From Deltaproteobacteria bacterium (lineage in GTDB: Bacteria > Myxococcota_A > Polyangia > Fen-1088), in contig JANRKS010000021.1 in the NCBI GenBank assembly GCA_033763315.1, forward strand, positions 32,001-96,000: a DNA stretch of 64,000 nucleotides, read 5' to 3'. A program made the translations under genes and the position numbers. Of this stretch, positions 37,593 through 47,555 are shown in pieces; position 1 is the stretch's first letter, and each line of letters opens with the position of its first letter. The notes beneath the pieces were generated by a model that searched no databases, was not told the DNA's origin, and worked only from the letters and a program-made list of their open reading frames with translations.

Positions 37593-39128
37593 GTGTGGCA
37601 GTGGAAAGAATTCTCGTTCGCGTTTGGAGCTAAGACCACCACAAGTGCCGTGCTGGCCCTGGCCGCCGGCACCGCTTTGCTGGTGGTGTTGCTGGTGGTG
37701 CGCATGCGCCAAGACGAAGAGGAGCGGCGGCGCTCTTTGGCGCAACTTGTGTTTGCCGTACTCGCCACGTCGCTGAGCCTCGTGCGCGTCATCATGTTGC
37801 CATTGGGCTTCGGCGATCGCTTTGTGCACCGAACCTTAGGTGTGGTGGACACGGTTTGTTTGGGCTTGGCGATCACACTCACGCTGATTCATCTGTTCCT
37901 TGATGTGATCCCCAGCCGCTTTCACAAGCGCGTTCCACCTATCATCGCCGAGGTGGTGGCTATGGTGGCGCTGGTCATCATCGTGCTTGGGGCCCTGGGC
38001 GATTCGGTGGCAAAGAACGTTTCGTCCCTGGTGGCCACGTCCGCCGTGCTTACGGCCGTTTTAGGCTTGGCGCTGCAAAGCACGCTGTCGAATTTGTTTG
38101 CGGGCTTGGCCCTGCAAATGGATCGCGCTTTTTCGTCTGGCGATTGGATCCAAGTGGGCAGCCGCGAGGGGCGCATCATGGAAGTGCGGTGGCGTTCAAC
38201 CGCGTTGCGCACGAAAGACGGCGACTTGGTGCTGCTGCCCAATTCCAAGATGGTGAACGAAGAAGTTCACAATTTTTCCCGCCCGCTAGAACGGCGGCGC
38301 GTGTGGCTCAAAGTTAGTTTTCATTACCGCCATCCGCCAAACGAAGTCAAAGCCATCATCACCGATTGCCTCCGTGGCGTTCCGGGCGTGATGAGCGACC
38401 CGGCGCCCGATTGCTTCCCCCGCGAGTTCGGCGAAAGCGCCATCACGTATGCCGTGCGCTTGTGGGTGGATAAGTTTGAGCGCACTTCGGAAATTGAAGG
38501 CGAGGCACTGACGCGCATCTGGTACGCCGCCAAGCGCGCCAACCTTGAGATCCCCTTCCCCACTCGCACGTTGTTGATGAGCAGCGACGATGGCAGCAAG
38601 CGCGACCTCGAAGCCAAAGCCGAGCGCGCGAGGCGCATCGAGGTGTTGTCACGGATGGATCTGTTTGAGTCATTGCAACCCAATGACAAAGAGCTGCTGG
38701 CCGATGGCATGCGCCACGCGACCTTTGCGGCAGGGCAAGCGATCATCGAGCAAGGCGCGCCAGGGGCCTCGATGTACATCGTGACCAAAGGCCAAGTGCG
38801 CGTGTCCCTGGCGCGTGGCAATGCCAGCCGCGATTTGGCGACGCTGGGCGTGGGCGATTTCTTCGGCGAGATGTCGATGCTTACGGGTGAGCCACGTGCC
38901 GCCACGTGCTGGGCGGTGGGCGATGTTGATTGTTACGTGGTGGATCACGACGCCATGGGCCGCGTGTTAAGCGCCAGCCCCAATATCGCGGATGAGTTGG
39001 CGGTGGTGTTGCTTGACCGGCAAACCGAGGTGAAGAAGGAAGCCGCTGATTTGTCGCGTGAAATGCGCCAAGAAGCCCGCGTGGGGCTGGTGACGCGCAT
39101 CCGGAACTTCTTCGACCTCAAGAGCTAG
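37593..39128 (+). CDS. MscS-family mechanosensitive channel with C-terminal cNMP-binding domain
   Basis: GLALQSTLSNLFAG, GDWI, WRST, EIPFP; then FFGEMSMLTGEPRAAT. Confidence 0.92.
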   Translation: MWQWKEFSFAFGAKTTTSAVLALAAGTALLVVLLVVRMRQDEEERRRSLAQLVFAVLATSLSLVRVIMLPLGFGDRFVHRTLGVVDTVCLGLAITLTLIHLFLDVIPSRFHKRVPPIIAEVVAMVALVIIVLGALGDSVAKNVSSLVATSAVLTAVLGLALQSTLSNLFAGLALQMDRAFSSGDWIQVGSREGRIMEVRWRSTALRTKDGDLVLLPNSKMVNEEVHNFSRPLERRRVWLKVSFHYRHPPNEVKAIITDCLRGVPGVMSDPAPDCFPREFGESAITYAVRLWVDKFERTSEIEGEALTRIWYAAKRANLEIPFPTRTLLMSSDDGSKRDLEAKAERARRIEVLSRMDLFESLQPNDKELLADGMRHATFAAGQAIIEQGAPGASMYIVTKGQVRVSLARGNASRDLATLGVGDFFGEMSMLTGEPRAATCWAVGDVDCYVVDHDAMGRVLSASPNIADELAVVLLDRQTEVKKEAADLSREMRQEARVGLVTRIRNFFDLKS

Positions 39129-39202
39129 GGGCGCCCCGGACGCTTGGCTTTCGTGGCGATCTGTGGCAAACGTTGCCCTTCATCACTCCAAAGGATTGAA
39201 GC

Positions 39203-39886
39203 ATGTTTAAGAAAATCGCGATCGTTCTTGTGGTTCTGCTGGGTGGGTTCCTCGCGTTTGCCGCCACGCGGCCCGAGACGTATCACGTTGAGCGATCAGC
39301 CTCGATTGGCGCCCCCGCTGACGTTGTTTACAGCAACGTCGACAACTTCAAGACGTGGAGCGTCTGGTCGCCGTGGGAAAAGATGGATCCGCAAATGCAA
39401 AAGACCTTCTCGGGCCCTGAGCGCGGCGTGGGCGCGGCCTACGCGTGGCAGGGCAACAAGAAGGTGGGCAAAGGCAGCATGACCATCACCGCCGTTGAGC
39501 CCGCCAAGAGCGCCACGTATCGTTTGGAGTTCATTGAACCGTTTGCAGCCGTGGCCACAACTTTGTTCACCATTGCACCCGAAGGCGACAACGCAAGCAA
39601 GATCACGTGGGCCATGGACGGCCACAACAATTTCGCAGGCAAGATCTTCAGCGTGTTCATGAATATGGATCAAGCCATCGGCACCGACTTCGAGAAGGGC
39701 CTGGCGGCTTTGAAGATCCTCGCGGAAGACCAAGCCAAGCGCCAAGCCGAAGCGGCCGCGGCAGCGAAAGCCAAAGCCGAAGCGGAAGCCGCGGAGAAAG
39801 CCAAAGCCGAGGCCGACGCGGCCGAGAAGGCAAAGGCAGAGGAAGAAGCGGCGGCGGCAGCGGCGAAGGGCAAGCGCAAGCGCTAG
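39203..39886 (+). CDS. SRPBCC/START-like protein with Ala/Glu/Lys-rich tail
   Basis: VERSASI.AP, WSPW...DP, DFEKGLAALK; repeated AEKAKAE tail. Confidence 0.85.
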   Translation: MFKKIAIVLVVLLGGFLAFAATRPETYHVERSASIGAPADVVYSNVDNFKTWSVWSPWEKMDPQMQKTFSGPERGVGAAYAWQGNKKVGKGSMTITAVEPAKSATYRLEFIEPFAAVATTLFTIAPEGDNASKITWAMDGHNNFAGKIFSVFMNMDQAIGTDFEKGLAALKILAEDQAKRQAEAAAAAKAKAEAEAAEKAKAEADAAEKAKAEEEAAAAAAKGKRKR

Positions 39887-42384
39887 GACGTCTTCCTCAC
39901 AAGCAGACTGCCCATGCGTGAAGTCGCCAGGCCTAGGACCGCCGGAAGCAGAAGCAAAGCGCCGATAAGGCAGGTGAACTCACCCACCACGGCCAGGCGT
40001 CCGAAGGACCGCAGAGCCTGGTTGTCCGACAGCAACAAGGAGCCGTAGCCGACGATCGTTGTGTAGCTGCACAGAGCTACGGCCCCGCCCGAACGTGCCA
40101 GGGCTTGCGCGATGTCGCCGCCCAACAGCCTCACGCGATCGTAGATATTGAACGGATACTCACAGCCAATGCCAAAGGTGATGGGCAACGCCACGAAGTT
40201 CAAAAAGTTGAGGCGTTCGTGCGTCCACGCGGAGACGCCCAACATCCACACCACGGCTGTCAGCAGCACGAACAACACTGACAAGGCGCCAACAAAGTTG
40301 TGCGTGGCCACCAGCAGCACAACCACCACGGCCGCCAACGAAACGAAGCTGGCCAACGGCCCGTCGCGACGCAACGACCGAAAGATCTCAGCGAACACGC
40401 CGGCGCGGCTGGCGGTTTGAACCGTCGTTCCGTCGGCAAGCCTTACATTGTTCGTGACGGCATCGATTCGAAGCAGGTTGCGTCCATCCGACAATGAAAC
40501 CTCGGGCCGCGTCTGCACGTAGAACACAGTTCCCAAAGTTCCATTGCGCTCGGTGAACAAGCGCAAAAGGTCAGGCGGAAGGTCCGCTTCTGCGACTGGC
40601 TTAAGGTCAGATGGTGGCATCATTGAACGGATCTCCGCCTGCAGCTCGGGAGGGAGGCCGTCCATGATGTGTGGCTTCAAACGCCGCTGCAAACGCTGCA
40701 ACACCCGCAACTTCTGAGCCTGTTCGGCAGGCGTGCCCGGGAGCACGTCGGCCAACGTGAACACACGGTCGATCATGTGAACGCCAGGCAGAGTGTTGTC
40801 TCTTTGCATGATGGCGTGTGCAATCGCTGGCACCTGCTCGCGGCTATCGGCCACCAACAACGCACCGGCCAAGCGCGCTTTGCCACCAAAGACCTGCTCG
40901 GCCAGCTGCGACCAATGCCCGGCACCCGCCGCTTTGTTGTGCCGTGAGCCGAGCCGGGCGAAATTGTATTCCCACGGATCCTGCAGCCAGTGAAAAAGCG
41001 GGAGCGCCAAGATGGCTGTCACCACCAGCGCCATCACCGCTACTGCTTTGGCATGAGCCCGCAACCACACGCCCATCGATGCGAACCGGGCCGAGCCAGG
41101 CAACGGCTGCGTCCGATCCAGCCACACGTGGCCCCATGCCACCAGCGCTGGCACCAAAGGGATCGACACCAACCACACGCTGATCATCCCCACAAAGCCA
41201 ATGGCGCCAAATTGGTTGAAGCCACGGAAGGCTGTGACGGTAAGGGAACCGTAGGCGATCGCGGCAACCGCCGCCCCCACAAGCTCTGCGCGGAAGGCGT
41301 TTTTTACCGCGAGCCGCAGTGCCTCGGCCACCGACATGTGACGGCTGCGAAAGTCTTGGTATCGGGCCAAGAGCACCATCGGGTAATTGATCCCGTTGCC
41401 CATGATGATCGCGCCCAAAAAGGCACCAGCCGTGTTCACATACCCGAAGACAGCGGTGGCGAACGCATAAGCCACTCCGGTGCCGAGTGCCACGGGCATC
41501 AAAACGATCACGACGGAAAACAGGGAACGGAAAAACAGCACAAGACCCAACAGAACCAAAAACACGGCGGTAGCCGTCGCCCAAATTGCGTCGTGCGAAA
41601 CGGAGTGTTTCTCCGCAATGGCGTTCGGAATGTCGCCAGCGAAGCCCACCGCAAGGTGGCCCACGGCAGCTCCTTGCACGTGCGCTGTGATCTGTTGCAC
41701 CTCGCGAAACAGGCTTTCACCACCATCGCCCACGCCACCAAAAGCGGTGATGATCCGCAGGCCCACAACGCGACCTCCGTCGCTTTCGTAGCGGCCGTTT
41801 GGGAACGGATCTAGCTTTGCTAGCGCGGCGTCCGCCTGCGCGCGACGCCGCCGCAATTCAGCGATGATCTCAGCGGTGCTCCTCGGCTTTGAATCATCCT
41901 TCGTTTGCAAATCCTCAACCAAGCCCGACTTGATGGCGATGGCGCGCCCGACCTCTGCGTCGGCGTCTTCAATCGTTGGCAACGGCGCGTACAGCCACTT
42001 GTGCTTGCCAAAGAACTCGTGCGCCGCCAAATTGTTGGCGTCGATTACCTGAATGCCACCCCGCAGATCTTTCTGTCGCTTGTGCAGCTCGGCAGCAAGG
42101 TCATCTATGAACTTGGCGTTGGCAACTGTGTCTTGTGAGCGGGCCAACACCAGGATCGTGGCGCCCGTTGGGGCGCGTGTGGCTTGCTTCTCATACGCTT
42201 GATATTCTGCGCTTTCGCGCGGCAACAGCTCTTTGAGGTCGGACCGCAGCCGCAGCTGCGTGGCGTAGCCCCACAACGCGGCCGTGGCGACCAGCGCCAG
42301 AAACACGGTGGTTCTGCAGCGGGTCCTGGTTACATTTACCAAAGCGTCAACGGCGCCAAAGAACCCGGAAGCGAGGGTAGGCAT
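39883..42384 (-). CDS. MMPL/RND lipid transporter
   Basis: DLKELLP, FLGAIIMGNGINYP, ALPITFGIGCEY, TTIVGYGSL; two TM blocks. Confidence 0.88.
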   Translation of the reverse strand: MPTLASGFFGAVDALVNVTRTRCRTTVFLALVATAALWGYATQLRLRSDLKELLPRESAEYQAYEKQATRAPTGATILVLARSQDTVANAKFIDDLAAELHKRQKDLRGGIQVIDANNLAAHEFFGKHKWLYAPLPTIEDADAEVGRAIAIKSGLVEDLQTKDDSKPRSTAEIIAELRRRRAQADAALAKLDPFPNGRYESDGGRVVGLRIITAFGGVGDGGESLFREVQQITAHVQGAAVGHLAVGFAGDIPNAIAEKHSVSHDAIWATATAVFLVLLGLVLFFRSLFSVVIVLMPVALGTGVAYAFATAVFGYVNTAGAFLGAIIMGNGINYPMVLLARYQDFRSRHMSVAEALRLAVKNAFRAELVGAAVAAIAYGSLTVTAFRGFNQFGAIGFVGMISVWLVSIPLVPALVAWGHVWLDRTQPLPGSARFASMGVWLRAHAKAVAVMALVVTAILALPLFHWLQDPWEYNFARLGSRHNKAAGAGHWSQLAEQVFGGKARLAGALLVADSREQVPAIAHAIMQRDNTLPGVHMIDRVFTLADVLPGTPAEQAQKLRVLQRLQRRLKPHIMDGLPPELQAEIRSMMPPSDLKPVAEADLPPDLLRLFTERNGTLGTVFYVQTRPEVSLSDGRNLLRIDAVTNNVRLADGTTVQTASRAGVFAEIFRSLRRDGPLASFVSLAAVVVVLLVATHNFVGALSVLFVLLTAVVWMLGVSAWTHERLNFLNFVALPITFGIGCEYPFNIYDRVRLLGGDIAQALARSGGAVALCSYTTIVGYGSLLLSDNQALRSFGRLAVVGEFTCLIGALLLLPAVLGLATSRMGSLLVRKTS

Positions 42385-42518
42385 ACGTCTGCCCGTTTAT
42401 CGCGCGGGCTTTGGCCGTCAACCATTCACTTGGCAAACCTTGCGTGGCAAATGTGACGACTTTGCGGCAGCGCTTTGACATGCGCACGGGGCTCACAACG
42501 ATGTGCCAGGATGCGCGG

Positions 42519-43451
42519 ATGATCCCTGCCACGGCTCATTTCATCTGGTTGGGCCCCGCCTTTCCGTGGTTCAACGTCCTCGCGGTTCGCTCCGCACTTG
42601 ATCGCGGTGAATTCGATAAGGCTGTGATTCATCATGACCACCCACCACACGCCGGCAACTGGTCGGCGTTGCTGGTGGATGACCGCGTGCACGCGCGGCG
42701 AATCGACGTGAAACAAATGTGTGAGGCCGCGGGCGTTCCTGCGCATCCCATCACAAGCTTGCTCAGCGAACTTGTGGCGCCGGCCGCGCGATCAAACGTG
42801 CTGCGTTGTTTGGCGCTGGCAGGCGAAGGCGGCGTATACCTTGATACCGATACCGTAACCATTCGCACGCTCACCGATCTGCGACAAGCCAATGGCGTGT
42901 TTTGCGGCCAAGAGCGCGTGGCGGCACCTGCTCGCTGGCAGTCGCCGGGCTGGCGCCGGACATGGTCCTGGGCGTTGATGGGCGTGCGGCACGCGTTTCG
43001 GGCGTGGCCACGCGGTTATGTGCCGTTTCGTCGCATCGAGCGGCTTTATCCCTTGGCGGTAAACAACGCTGTGCTTGGAAGCGTCCCCCATCACCCGTTG
43101 CTGATGACGCTGTTGGCCGCGATGGTCAACATGTCACCCGAACGGCGAAAGCGCCGCTTTGCACTCGGCACGCACTTGCTTCAACAGCACATCGAGCGTG
43201 AGGCGCACGACGGGGTCCGCGTGTATCCGCCCGACTTTTTCTATCCCCTGCCCCCAGCCATCGCCGATCATTGGTTTCGCAGCCACAGCAAACACGACGT
43301 GGACCGCGTGGTTTCAGCAAACACCCGAGTTGTTCATTGGTATGGCTCTCACCATCGCAGGACCCACATGCAGCGGCTCGATCCCGCGTATGTGAAAGCC
43401 AACGCGAAACAGCAGATGCTAAGCCAGCTGGCGGCGCCCTTTTGTGGGTGA
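42519..43451 (+). CDS. GT32-like DXD glycosyltransferase
   Basis: IPATAHFIWLG, SNVLR...EGGVYLDTD, NNAVLG, FYP, VVHWY. Confidence 0.85.
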   Translation: MIPATAHFIWLGPAFPWFNVLAVRSALDRGEFDKAVIHHDHPPHAGNWSALLVDDRVHARRIDVKQMCEAAGVPAHPITSLLSELVAPAARSNVLRCLALAGEGGVYLDTDTVTIRTLTDLRQANGVFCGQERVAAPARWQSPGWRRTWSWALMGVRHAFRAWPRGYVPFRRIERLYPLAVNNAVLGSVPHHPLLMTLLAAMVNMSPERRKRRFALGTHLLQQHIEREAHDGVRVYPPDFFYPLPPAIADHWFRSHSKHDVDRVVSANTRVVHWYGSHHRRTHMQRLDPAYVKANAKQQMLSQLAAPFCG

Positions 43452-45270
43452 GGTGATGAACCGCATCAGCGCCTGGCTGCGCAACGATCTGAGGGTGCTG
43501 CGCTTTGCCGCTGCCTATGCCTTGTTCCAGTTTGTCTTAAGCTTCTGGGACCTGCCTGGCAGCCACGGTTGGGACAACGATGGCGTCGCCCCACGCGACA
43601 TTTTCGGGGGCCTTGCGAACAACCTTACGCCGGGTCACGCGCACCGCTACCCGCTGTTCCATTACCTTGTCATCGCGATCTTGAGCTGCCCGGCTTGGTT
43701 GACCGCGGTGATCGCCTCACCCGATTGGCACATGGAATCCCTTAAAGCCAGCTTGCTGGCGGTCCCCGTCATGACGGCAGTCTCGATCGTTGCCAAGGCG
43801 CTCAGCGCAGTCATGTCAGGTGTGGCGCTGGTGGCCTTGGCCTCAATCTGTCGCGCTTGTTTTGATCAAGGCAGCGCCCGGTGGGCAGTGTTCGCGGCGG
43901 CGTTGAATTTCTCTTTCTCGTACTACGCCCGCAGCACAAATTTGGATGCGCCGTACCTTATGTGGGTTTGCCTGGCGGTCGATCGAGCCGTGGCGAACAA
44001 AGACGCTGGTCTCACACAAGTGCGCAGCCACTTGATCTGGATGGGTGTGTTTGCCGCGCTCGGCGTGGCCACAAAAGATCAGGCTTATGCGCCGTTGTTG
44101 CCGGTGCTGCTTTGGGCGTTGTTCACCCCGATGGCAGGCACGACCTTCCTTGCCCGCTGTCGGTGGCTGTGCCTGGCCGCTGCGCCCACGTATGCGCTCG
44201 CAAGCGGGGCGGCTTTGAACCCCACCGGCTTCTTGGCACGATCGAGGTTGTTGACGGGACCCAACAACGATCAATGGCAAACCTACGAAGCCACTTTGAC
44301 CGGACTGCAGGCAAACGTTGCGGACCTCGCAACCGCTTTGCCTTCGTTTTGGTGGCCGACGCCGGTGCTGGCGGTTGGCACGCTGGCAGCCGTTGTGTGC
44401 CTCGGCCGCCTTCGGCGCGACCGTCACTTGCCGCAAGCGCTCACCATCGTGCCTCTGATGGCGGGATTAGGAAACCTTGTCCTCTTTGCGTTGCTGGTGA
44501 GACGCAGCGATCATCGCTTCGTTCTGCCTTTTGGCTTTTTCATGGCCATCTACGTGGGGTATTCGGTTCGGCGCGCGCTCGCATGGGCACCAACGCAAAA
44601 TTGGATCGCACCGGTGGCCGCGTGCGCTTTGATGGCCCTTATGCTGCCATCGCCTTTGGCGCTCGTGATCACCCAATGGACAGACGCGCGGCACCCGTTG
44701 ACTGATTGGTTGGCGGCGCATGCCCGTGGCCGCGTGGTGGAGACCTATGGAGGCCTCGTCTATCAACCACACGTTGAGCGACTTACCGGCGTCACGGTCA
44801 ACCGGGTGGAGACATCACAGCCGCGTTTGCGAAACCCTTTGCTCGGTGCCAATGAAGTTTGGGGCGAGCCCTCCGGAGCCGCGGCCCGCGGCGCCGACAT
44901 CATCCTTATCTCGCAAGCGTATGCCGAGCGATTTATCGAGCATCCGTCCGCCCACGGCCGAAGGCGGCCCGCCTGGCAAGCAGAAGCACAAGCCTCTTCA
45001 CAGCGCACCGCCTTTTTCCGGGGCGCGTTGGCGGGCACGGTGCCAGGTTACCAGTTGGCTTGGCAAAGCCGCCTTTCGCCAGCCGTGTCGACGTTGCACG
45101 CGCAAGCACTGCGCGTGCACGGCAGCACAGGTTACGGCTGGCTGGTTTTCACGCGCGAAAAAGCCGGCAGCACGATCAACACCACCAGCACAGCCATAAA
45201 CTCGCCGACCACAGCCGACCATCCAAAACTACGAAGCGCCCCAGAGAACGCCATCAGCAGTGAGCCATAG
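43444..45270 (+). CDS. GT-C (ArnT/PMT-like) multi-TM glycosyltransferase
   Basis: First-loop WDND, YPLFHY, N.D.PY, ATKDQ, RFVLP; many TM segments. Confidence 0.7.
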   Translation: MGEVMNRISAWLRNDLRVLRFAAAYALFQFVLSFWDLPGSHGWDNDGVAPRDIFGGLANNLTPGHAHRYPLFHYLVIAILSCPAWLTAVIASPDWHMESLKASLLAVPVMTAVSIVAKALSAVMSGVALVALASICRACFDQGSARWAVFAAALNFSFSYYARSTNLDAPYLMWVCLAVDRAVANKDAGLTQVRSHLIWMGVFAALGVATKDQAYAPLLPVLLWALFTPMAGTTFLARCRWLCLAAAPTYALASGAALNPTGFLARSRLLTGPNNDQWQTYEATLTGLQANVADLATALPSFWWPTPVLAVGTLAAVVCLGRLRRDRHLPQALTIVPLMAGLGNLVLFALLVRRSDHRFVLPFGFFMAIYVGYSVRRALAWAPTQNWIAPVAACALMALMLPSPLALVITQWTDARHPLTDWLAAHARGRVVETYGGLVYQPHVERLTGVTVNRVETSQPRLRNPLLGANEVWGEPSGAAARGADIILISQAYAERFIEHPSAHGRRRPAWQAEAQASSQRTAFFRGALAGTVPGYQLAWQSRLSPAVSTLHAQALRVHGSTGYGWLVFTREKAGSTINTTSTAINSPTTADHPKLRSAPENAISSEP

Positions 45271-47555
45271 CCCACAACCGTTGTCAGCGAACAAAGCAGA
45301 ATCGCGCCGCCCATGCGTGCGCACGCCGCACGCGCGTTCAAGCCCAAACCATCCATCGCTCCATACAAGTTCAGCAGATAGTCGGCACCCACGCCGATCG
45401 TAATGGGCACGGCGGCAAAATTGAGCATGTTTACGCGAATGCCAGCGCCCACCACCAGAATCTGCGCCACAAGCGCCACAGGACCAATGACCAACGCCGC
45501 AATCACCACTCGGCTAGGCTTTTGATAATAAAGCACGACAAGCAGCGAAAGCACGAGCAAGAAAACCACACACACCACGCGCGGGGCCTCCGCATGCACA
45601 AGTTTGAACAACGCGGCCATGAAAAGGAACGGCCCCCCTACCACCACCGAAGAAGGCTTCGGCGTGCTCTCGATCGCTTCGGCCAAGGTTATCATGTGGC
45701 GGCCATCGCCGTAGTCGATCGCGGTGGACGGATAGATCAAAACCGTCTTATCGCTGCTGCCATCGCGCTCGATCAGATTGCGCAACAGAGGAGGAGGAAC
45801 CTCGGCGCGCGTGACGAGCGACAAACCTGCATCGCTCCACCACAAGTCGAGGTGTTGTTTGATGTCCGTGGGCAGGTTCTCCTCGTCTGCCAGCGCCATT
45901 TGTGCTTGCAAACGTTTCAGTTTTGCGAAGCGCCGCTCTTGCTCGGCGGCTTTGGGCACGAACGTTTCAATGGTTTCGATGCGATCCACCAACGGTCGCG
46001 GCACATTCTTCAACGACGCCTCAAATGCACCGGCCATCGCTTCACGGTCGCTGGGGTTTGTTGCCAAACCGATGACCGGGTTCACCCACGATCCAAACAA
46101 GCGGTTCATTGTGGCGTCCCATGAGGCGCTGCCCGTCGCCAGGGAACGACGGTTGCGTAGCACCTCCAGGCGCATCTCGTAAAGGCCATGGCGGCGGACC
46201 TGCCAGAGGCCCACACCACACAAAGCCGCGGTCAGCGTGATCAGCGCCAAGGCCGTGCCTTTGGCCAGCCAGGGCGTGAAGAAAAACCTGCGCACCTGAC
46301 GTTCCACAGATGTGGCCTCGGCGCCGAGACGTTGTGGCCGCAACCAGGCAATCGCGATCGGCAAACAAAGGTATGTCATCAGCCACGTAGCGATCATGCC
46401 AAAGCCACCAAGGTAGCCGAACTGCGAAAAGCCTCGAAAGCCCGAGACCGCAAGCCCCCCGTAGGCCGCAGAGGCGGTGGCCGCCGCGCCTAACGTGCCC
46501 GGCAAAGCGGCGCGGGCGGCACCCACGATCGCGAATGGCAAACGTTCCTGCGTTTCCCGACGCCGATAGAACGACAAAAACAGAAGCGGATAGTTGATGC
46601 CGTTGCCCGCGATGATCGAACCTAAAAAGGCGGTATTGGAGTTCAGGTGTCCCACCATCAGGCGCCCCAGCCCAAACGCGAATAAGAGGCCGGGCAGCAA
46701 AGCCGCCAAAGCGGCGACGACGCTGGTTAGGGATCGGAAATAGAGTGCAACAAGCGCCGTCACTAACACGAGCACCACAATCGATGTGGAAGACAAGTCC
46801 GCGATGATCGCATCGTGTTCGTCGATAAAATTGGCCGCGTCGCCGGTGTAGGCCACGTTTACGCCCTGGGGAACGCCGGTGCGTTCAACTTGCTTCTGCA
46901 CATCCGCTTTGAGAAGCCGCGCGGTATCGATGTCAACGTCCGAACCGCGTAACCAAACGATGGCGATGACCGTATCGCCTTCCGGAGTTTCGAGGTACCC
47001 GTTGGGGAATCGATCCTTGGCCGCGACGTCCGCCTGAACCCGCCGCTGCAAGCTCAGCCAATCGTCGTCCTTGTCTCCGTCGTCGAGTGACACGAACAGC
47101 GGATTGGCCCTTGCCTTGCGCTTGTTGATGGCGACGGCTACGTCATCCACGAGCGAGTCGAATTGTTGGGTCGACATGAGCAGCGGTGCCCGCAGGCGCA
47201 ACCACCTGCGCTCAGCCCGCACATCCGCTTGCACCCAAGCAACGCGCGGGGCCCCTGACGCACGCAGATTGGTTGCCAAGGCTTCGATGAATGCACGGTT
47301 CTTCTCGGGGAACTTGCCGTGCGCCACCACCGTGATGTGTCCCTGGCTGGGGATACGGTCGTGGATGCTCTGCAGCGCCCGCGCGGCTTGCGAATCGGTC
47401 GGCAACAGCTCTTGCAGATCGGCTTTGACGCTCGTAAAAAGCTGCACCGTTTGCCAAGCTGGCCACGCGCACGCCAACATCACAAGTGCGGCCGCCACGC
47501 GTGGCGCGCGGCAAACCGCGCGCACGTATTGAGCGTACCAAGAGCTAAGCGACAT
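45132..47555 (-). CDS. MMPL/RND lipid transporter (paralog)
   Basis: DLQELLP, FLGSIIAGNGINYP, PITIGVGADY, TTVVGYGSL. ATG 47555. Confidence 0.88.
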   Translation of the reverse strand: MSLSSWYAQYVRAVCRAPRVAAALVMLACAWPAWQTVQLFTSVKADLQELLPTDSQAARALQSIHDRIPSQGHITVVAHGKFPEKNRAFIEALATNLRASGAPRVAWVQADVRAERRWLRLRAPLLMSTQQFDSLVDDVAVAINKRKARANPLFVSLDDGDKDDDWLSLQRRVQADVAAKDRFPNGYLETPEGDTVIAIVWLRGSDVDIDTARLLKADVQKQVERTGVPQGVNVAYTGDAANFIDEHDAIIADLSSTSIVVLVLVTALVALYFRSLTSVVAALAALLPGLLFAFGLGRLMVGHLNSNTAFLGSIIAGNGINYPLLFLSFYRRRETQERLPFAIVGAARAALPGTLGAAATASAAYGGLAVSGFRGFSQFGYLGGFGMIATWLMTYLCLPIAIAWLRPQRLGAEATSVERQVRRFFFTPWLAKGTALALITLTAALCGVGLWQVRRHGLYEMRLEVLRNRRSLATGSASWDATMNRLFGSWVNPVIGLATNPSDREAMAGAFEASLKNVPRPLVDRIETIETFVPKAAEQERRFAKLKRLQAQMALADEENLPTDIKQHLDLWWSDAGLSLVTRAEVPPPLLRNLIERDGSSDKTVLIYPSTAIDYGDGRHMITLAEAIESTPKPSSVVVGGPFLFMAALFKLVHAEAPRVVCVVFLLVLSLLVVLYYQKPSRVVIAALVIGPVALVAQILVVGAGIRVNMLNFAAVPITIGVGADYLLNLYGAMDGLGLNARAACARMGGAILLCSLTTVVGYGSLLMAFSGALRSFGWSAVVGEFMAVLVVLIVLPAFSRVKTSQP

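Noticed and set aside
42431-42443. TGGCAAACCTTGC (and a similar site near 39164) as sigma54 promoters
   Set aside because: Spacing is two bases too short.
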